The translations under genes and the position numbers were made by a program. A model generated the notes under the pieces. It searched no databases, was not told the origin of the DNA, and worked only from the letters and a program-made list of their open reading frames with translations. Positions 17,435-23,036 of a stretch of DNA of 23,036 bases are shown here, in pieces (the stretch's first letter is position 1; each line of letters begins with the position of its first letter). The stretch comes from Nitrospirota bacterium. Lineage in GTDB: Bacteria > Nitrospirota > JACRHJ01. Location of the stretch: positions 1 to 23,036 of the forward strand of contig CAWJRJ010000035.1 of assembly GCA_963845245.1 (NCBI GenBank), given 5' to 3'.

Positions 17435-18519
17435 TTATTTGGCGGGTGCCACAGAAAGCCGTGAGGCAGTGTAGTTCTCCATCTTCGCCGCCTTCTCTGC
17501 TTTCGCCAGCACCTGGTACTGGTGGACAGCCCTGTTGTGCGCGGCCAGGTTGTTCGAGAAGATGTGCGTACCGTCGTTTTTGGAGACAAAATAGATATAA
17601 TCCACGTCGGCCGGGTTTAGCGCCGCGACAATGGACTGAGCCCCGGGGTTGCATATCGGTCCTGGCGGGAGACCCCTGTATACGTATGTGTTGTACGGGT
17701 CCTTGAAGCGCAGGTTCTCCCTGGTCAGGTCACCGAAGTATCTTCCGTGTCTCTGAAGGGCGTATATCACGCACGGGTCGCACTGGAGCGGTATCCCCTG
17801 CTTGAGGCGGTTATGGAAGACGGCCGATATCAGCAGCCTCTCCGAGTCCACCGCCGACTCCTTCTCGATGAGCGAGGCCATGGTAACCGCCTGCAGTTCG
17901 GTCATGCCTATCGCCGCCGCGCGCGCCTTAAGGCCCTCGTTGAACACCGCGTGGTACTTCGATACCATCTGCTTTATCATGCCGTCGATGGTTATGCCCT
18001 TGGGGAAGAAGTAGGTTGCCGGGAAAAGGTAGCCCTCAAGCGTGTGGTCCCTCAAGCCCCAGGGCTTTGCACGTAGTCCGGGTTCTTGGCCTTGGCCATG
18101 AAGTCTTCCCGGGTCACCACCCCGGACTTCGCTATGGCGTCCGCTACCTTCTCGATGTCGAACCCCTCCGGCAGCACGACCTGGTACTCTATTATCTTGC
18201 CGCGCCTTAGTATCTCTATGATGTCGAGCGGCTTCATCCCAGTGTTGAAAGAGTAGAAGCCGGCCCTTATCTTGCGGGTGACACCCTTGAGCTTGCCTAG
18301 TATTATGAATGTGGTCATGTCGGTCACGAGACCGTTCTTCTTCAGCTCGACGGCGACGGTGCGGAAGCTTGAGCCCTCGGGGATGAGAAGCTCCTTGTAT
18401 TCCTTTGTGCCGGAGGCGGGGTTCATTATGAACAGGGCCGTGTGGATGCCTACGACAAGCAGAAGCGCGCCGGTTATGAAGAACATGAACCTGAGAGTGA
18501 CATGCCGTTTGACGTTCAT
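17435..18519 (-). CDS. mltG: Endolytic transglycosylase MltG (frameshift near 18055)
   Basis: N-terminal TM, IPEGSS, LPEGF, LEGYLFPATY, ASLIEKE, SAVFHNRL, LQCDP, YNTYVYRGLPPGPICNPG, YIYFVSKNDGTHIFS. Confidence 0.95.
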
Positions 18520-19445
18520 AGGCTGCCCAGTATGTCGAAATTTACTTCTATCTTTGTCCGGGCCTTAAGCTCGTCGTGCCACTTGGCGAAAAGCTCCTCG
18601 CCTTTCTCCAGCGTGAGCCTCTTTATTACCTCGGCCTCGGCTTCCCGGTAATCCGGCTCCTGCGCCTTGATGACCTCTTCCACCTTGAATATGTGGTAGC
18701 CGTAGGGGGTCTTCACTATATCGCTCATCTTGCCCGGCTTCATCCTGAACATGACCGCCTCGAACTGGGGCGGCATCTCGCCTTTGGAGAAATAGCCCAG
18801 GTCGCCTCCCTTTGCGCTGTCGGGCGAGAGCGAGCGAGCCTTTGCGATTGCGGCAAAGTTCGCGCCTTTTTTCAACTCTTCCATAATATGCCTTGCGTCT
18901 TCCGGCCTGTCAACCACAATCTGCCTGGCCCTTATCCGCAAAGGCCGGCGGAACTCCCGCCTGTTCTTCTCAAAGTAGGCCTTCGCTTCCGCCGCACCCA
19001 CCCTGATTTTAGAATAAACCTGCGAGTTTATGAGCTTCTCTGCGGCGATACGCCTTTCCAGGTCCTCTTTGAACTCGTCGATTCCTATGTCTTCCTGCTT
19101 GAGCGCCTTCCTGAAGTCTCCATTGAATTCCGACTCGGCCTTCGCAAGCCTGGCGTCAAGCTCGGAGCCGGATACCTCTATCCCGAGCTTCCGGGCCTCC
19201 TGCACGTACATCTCTTCGTCAATAAGCTGCGAGAGGAGGTCCAGCTTCGCCTCCTCGCCGCCGGATACCCCGCCGGACAGGTTTGAGAACCCGAGCTTTA
19301 AAAAGCGCAGTTTTTCCTTGAACCTGGACACACTGACAGGGGCCTGGTTCACCCGTGCAAGCACGGGGGACTCAGGCCCCTTTTCTTTGGCTGGAGCGCA
19401 TCCTGCAAGCAGGATAAACGCTAGTATTGCAAACCTTGCCTTCAT
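18516..19445 (-). CDS. Parvulin/PpiC-type peptidyl-prolyl isomerase lipoprotein (SurA/PrsA-like)
   Basis: Own lipoprotein signal MKARFAILAFILLAGC, LARVN, ARQIVV, FAAIAKARS, KGGDLGYF, IVKTPYGYHIFKV. Confidence 0.9.
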   Translation of the reverse strand: MKARFAILAFILLAGCAPAKEKGPESPVLARVNQAPVSVSRFKEKLRFLKLGFSNLSGGVSGGEEAKLDLLSQLIDEEMYVQEARKLGIEVSGSELDARLAKAESEFNGDFRKALKQEDIGIDEFKEDLERRIAAEKLINSQVYSKIRVGAAEAKAYFEKNRREFRRPLRIRARQIVVDRPEDARHIMEELKKGANFAAIAKARSLSPDSAKGGDLGYFSKGEMPPQFEAVMFRMKPGKMSDIVKTPYGYHIFKVEEVIKAQEPDYREAEAEVIKRLTLEKGEELFAKWHDELKARTKIEVNFDILGSL

Positions 19446-19471
19446 TGGAAGGTATATCTGGAAACTCCCAC

Positions 19472-20402
19472 TTATTTCGCCTGGGGCATCATGAGCTGCC
19501 GGTGTCTCAGCCGAGGCAGAGAGGTCGAGCTTCTTGAGGTTGTCGTCGTTGACCGTCACCTTCGCCTTGTCCTTAAGCTCCTTCACGATCGCCTCAAAGG
19601 CATCTTCTTTCTTCTTCTCGGTAACCTGGGCCTTAAGGGCGTCCTTCATGGCGGCGAAGTCCGCATCCGTGGCCGGCTTCTTCTCCGTGACCTTCATTAT
19701 ATGGTAGCCGAACTGGCTCTGGACTATGCCGCTTATCTCGCCCGGTTTCAGCTTGAAGGCGGCATCCTTGAGGCCGGCCGAGCCGAACTGCTCCCACTTT
19801 ACCCAACCGAGGTCGCCGCCGTTGTTCTTCGTCTTGGTGTCAAGGGAATACTGTTTCGCAAGGGCCTTGAAATCGCCGCCGGCCTTGAGCTTGGCCAGTA
19901 TATCCTCGGCATCCTTCTGTGAGGCGACCAGTATGTGGCTTATACGCACCGACCCCATGTCGGCCTTGTTCTTGTCGAAGTAGTCCTTCACGTCCTTGTC
20001 GGTGACGTTCGCCTTGTCAAGGACCTCTTTTTTAACGAAATAGCCGAGGAGCAGCGAGCTCTTTATCTGGTCCAGCCTCTTTGCGACCTCGGGGTCCTTG
20101 TCCATGCCGAGGCTTTCCGCCTTCTGGACTATCAGGGCCTTGTCCACCAGGTTGTCCAGGAACTTCTCCCTGTTCTTCTCGTCCGCAAGGGACTTCACGG
20201 CCATCGGAGAGAGACTTGCAGCCTCCGCCTTGAAATCCTCGGCAGTTATGTTCTTGCCGTTGACAACCGCGAGCACGGTGGAGGTGTCCGCCTTTGCGGC
20301 CTCGCCCGCTTTGCCTTCCTGGCCAGCCTTCTGTCCGCAACCGGCAAAAAGGGCCGCCGCCGTCGCTATAACAACTACAGTTTTCAGTCCCCTGGTAAAC
20401 AT
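19472..20402 (-). CDS. Parvulin/PpiC-type peptidyl-prolyl isomerase lipoprotein
   Basis: Lipobox LFAGC, LAVVNGKNIT, ISHILV, FKALAKQYS, GGDLGW, SQFGYHIMKV. Stop inferred at the TAA at 19474-19472 in an adjacent frame. Confidence 0.88.
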
Positions 20403-20433
20403 AATCTGCTGGTTTCTCCCCTGGTCAAGATTG

Positions 20434-21392
20434 TTATTTTTTATCCTCGGAAGGTTTTTCCGCTTTCTCGCTTTTTACGGCATCTTCCTTGGGCTGCTCT
20501 TTCCCCTTGACAAGCTCTTCGTTGACCTTGATGTCGGCCTTAGCCTTGAGGGAAGCCATCAGATCGTCGTAGGCCTTCTTCTGCTTCTCCTGCAGGAGCT
20601 TCTGCTCTATCTCGGCCTTCACCTCGTCGAATTCCTTGGTCTTGGCCGGCTTTGTGCCGGTAACCTTTATGATATGCCAGCCGAACTGCGTCTTCACCGG
20701 GGCTGATATCTCGCCCACCTTAAGGCCAAAGGCCACCTTCTCGAACTCCGGCACCATCCTGCCCTTGCCGAAAGAGCCGAGGTCTCCGCCGCGCGGCGCG
20801 CTCGGACATTTTGACTTCTCCTTGGCAAGCGTGGCAAAGTCTGCGCCCTTGTCGAGCTGTTCCTTTATCTTCTTTGCCTCTTCCTCGGTGTCCACCAGGA
20901 TGTGGCTCGCCTGCACCTCTTCCGAGGAGACGTACTTTGCCTTGTCCTTTTCGTAAGTGGCCTTCACCTCTTCCGGAGTGACCTTCACGCCATCGATGAC
21001 GTCTTTTCTCATGAGCGACACATAAAGCTGCTGCTTCCTGAGCATTTCCATGTTCAGCTTGAACTCGTCAGTGTCAGCCAGACCCTGCTTCTCGGCCTCC
21101 TGGGCGACGATCTCGACGTCTATGAGCTTGTCGAGCACGCCGAGCCTGGCTTTGGGGTCTGCCGTTGGCGTACCGGCAGGGGCCTGCTGCATAACCTTGT
21201 CGAGCAGGTCGGCAGTGATTTTTTTGCCGTTGACCGAGGCAACAATGTCCGGGCTCATCGCCTGGAGGGAAGCGGGCTTTGCCTGGGAGATATCCAGCCT
21301 TGGCGCGAGATCGGCGATAATGCGGGACCGGCTGATAATGCTATCAACCCGGCAGCCATTACCGACACAAACGGTGAAATCCTCATCTGCAT
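20434..21392 (-). CDS. Parvulin/PpiC-type peptidyl-prolyl isomerase, exported (N-terminal frameshift near 21300)
   Basis: Signal peptide MQMRISPFVSVMAAGLIALSAGPAL from 21392, then VASVNGKKIT, ASHILV, KSKCPSAPRGGDLGSFGKGRMVPEFE, KTQFGWHIIKV. Confidence 0.9.
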
Positions 21393-21418
21393 ACCTCTCT
21401 TTTGTTATTTTTGTGTAT

Positions 21419-21449
21419 AAAAGGCAGGGTCCCGCACAGGGGCCCTGCC
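21419..21449 (-). terminator. Intrinsic terminator-like hairpin after mfd
   Basis: Minus strand GGCAGGGCCCC-TGTGC-GGGACCCTGCC then TTTTAT. Confidence 0.65.
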
Positions 21450-21470
21450 AAGCAATAACGTATTAATATA

Positions 21471-23036
21471 TCACAGCCCTGCCAATTCTTTCAAGCTGTT
21501 TTTTATTTCAGAGTTAAGGGTTTCCCAGCCTCCGGACGGTTTTTTAATGAACAGCGTATATTGCGGGACATACCTGGCCGACCCCCTCCTCTTTGCCCAG
21601 GAAACGGACCAGCCTGTCCGGGTCGATATCCACCTTATCAGTAAATGTTATTTTGACCTCGGAGGGCAAAAGCTGTATCCCGCCCACCTTGAGCATCTTT
21701 GCCAGCACCTTGAGTTCCATCACCTCCATGAGCCTGACCGCCTCAGCCGGAGGCGGGCCGTACCTGTCCTTCAGTTCGCCACGTATGGCATCTATATCCT
21801 CCACCGAGCGTGCCCCGGAAAGCCGTTTGTAGATGCCCAGCCTCTCGGAGGTTTCGGAAATGTAGGAGTCCGGAATGAACGCCGACACCTTCAGGTCGAG
21901 CGCCGGGTCCACCTCCTCCTCCACCGTCTCGCCCTTCAGCTCCTTGACGGCATCCTCTAGTAGACGGGTATAAAGCTCGAACCCGATGGCCGATATCTGG
22001 CCGGACTGCTCCGCGCCGAGGATGTTGCCGGCGCCCCTTATCTCCAGGTCGTGGAGCGCAAGCTTGAAGCCGGCCCCAAGCTCGGTCAGCTCGGTCAGCA
22101 CCCGAAGCCTCTTCTGGGCGGTCTCGGTCAAGGTGTCCTCGCCCGGCACGAGCAGGTATGCATAGCCCCTGTCGCTGGCGCGGCCCACCCTGCCCCTGAG
22201 CTGGTAGAGGTCGGCCAGGCCGAAGCGGTCGGCCCTGTCTATTATTATGGTGTTGGCTGTGGGGATGTCCAGGCCGGACTCGATTATCGAGGTCGCAAGC
22301 AGTACGTCGTACTCTCCCGCGATGAACTTCCGCATCACGTCTTCCAGCATGTCCTCGTGCATCCGGCCGTGCGCTACGCCTATCCTCGCATCAGGGAGTA
22401 TCGATTTCAGAAGGCTTCCTATCGCGAAGATGCTGTCTATCCTGTTGTGCACGAAGAATACCTGGCCGCCGCGCATCAGCTCGCGCGTTATCGCCTCGCG
22501 TATCACCGCCTTGTCGAACCTGGCGACGACCGTCTTTATAGGCTGGCGGTCGGGTGGCGCGGTCTCGATTATGGAGAGGTCGCGTATGCCGGAGATGGAC
22601 ATGTTGAGCGTCCTGGGTATCGGCGTGGCCGTCAGCGTGAGGACGTCCACCTGTTTCCTCAGGTGTTTGAGCTTCTCCTTGTGGGCGACGCCGAAGCGGT
22701 GCTCCTCGTCTATCACGATCAGGCCCAGGTCATTGAACTTCACGTCCTTCTGCAGGAGGCGGTGGGTCCCTATGACTATGTCGACGGTGCCTTCCGCCAT
22801 GCCCTTTAGGACTTCCTTTATATGCGCTTTTGGTGTGAACCGCGAGAGCATCTCGACCCTTACCGGAAATGCCGCAAGGCGCGAGGTGAACGTCTTATAA
22901 TGCTGGTCGGCCAGAAGCGTTGTCGGCACGAGTACCACGGCCTGTTTGCCGTCCAGCACCACCTTGAACGCGGCCCGGACTGCGACCTCAGTCTTGCCGT
23001 AACCCACGTCCCCGCATACCAGGCGGTCCATAGGGT
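21471..23036 (-). CDS. mfd: Transcription-repair coupling factor, 3' part (5' end outside window; frameshift near 21592)
   Basis: PMDRLVCGDVGYGKTEVA, DEEHRFGV, TATPIPRTL, QLRGRVGR, TRG motif DLEIRGAGNILGAEQSG, TRCF domain. The corrected frame ends ...KNSLKELAGL* at 21471. Confidence 0.97.

Noticed and set aside
18516..20402. 628-aa double-parvulin fusion ORF
   Set aside because: An internal Met with a full lipoprotein signal (MKARFAILAFILLAGC, 19445) and a nearby out-of-frame TAA (19474-19472) indicate two genes merged by an indel.

Overview
23 kb bacterial chromosomal window, mostly GC-rich. Gene content resembles Nitrospirota/Desulfobacterota-type genomes, a low-confidence inference. The sequence has roughly 20 apparent single-base frameshifts, even in housekeeping genes, so it is probably an unpolished long-read assembly and split ORFs were rejoined by hand. 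Left to right: an AT-rich flank and tRNA-Asn(GTT); an AioX/ArxX/ArrX-like oxyanion-binding protein coupled to a histidine kinase; a DEAD-box RNA helicase with an RPEGR-repeat tail and long structured leader; a cupin; a STAS/SEC14-like protein; aconitase preceded by a RelE-type toxin-antitoxin pair; an accessory stretch (8.3-16.8 kb); then msrA, mltG, three parvulin PPIases and the 3' part of mfd. The accessory stretch holds membrane and secreted proteins, three paralogous two-Cys secreted proteins with conserved promoters and leaders, an orphan pilus-secretin N-domain membrane protein, a GAF-PAS kinase, a HEPN-like protein and a PAS-GGDEF cyclase. The best leads are the three-paralog secreted family, the orphan oxyanion sensor pair, and a candidate ~115-nt structured RNA at 8888-9003. 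No CRISPR array, transposase or integrase is visible.
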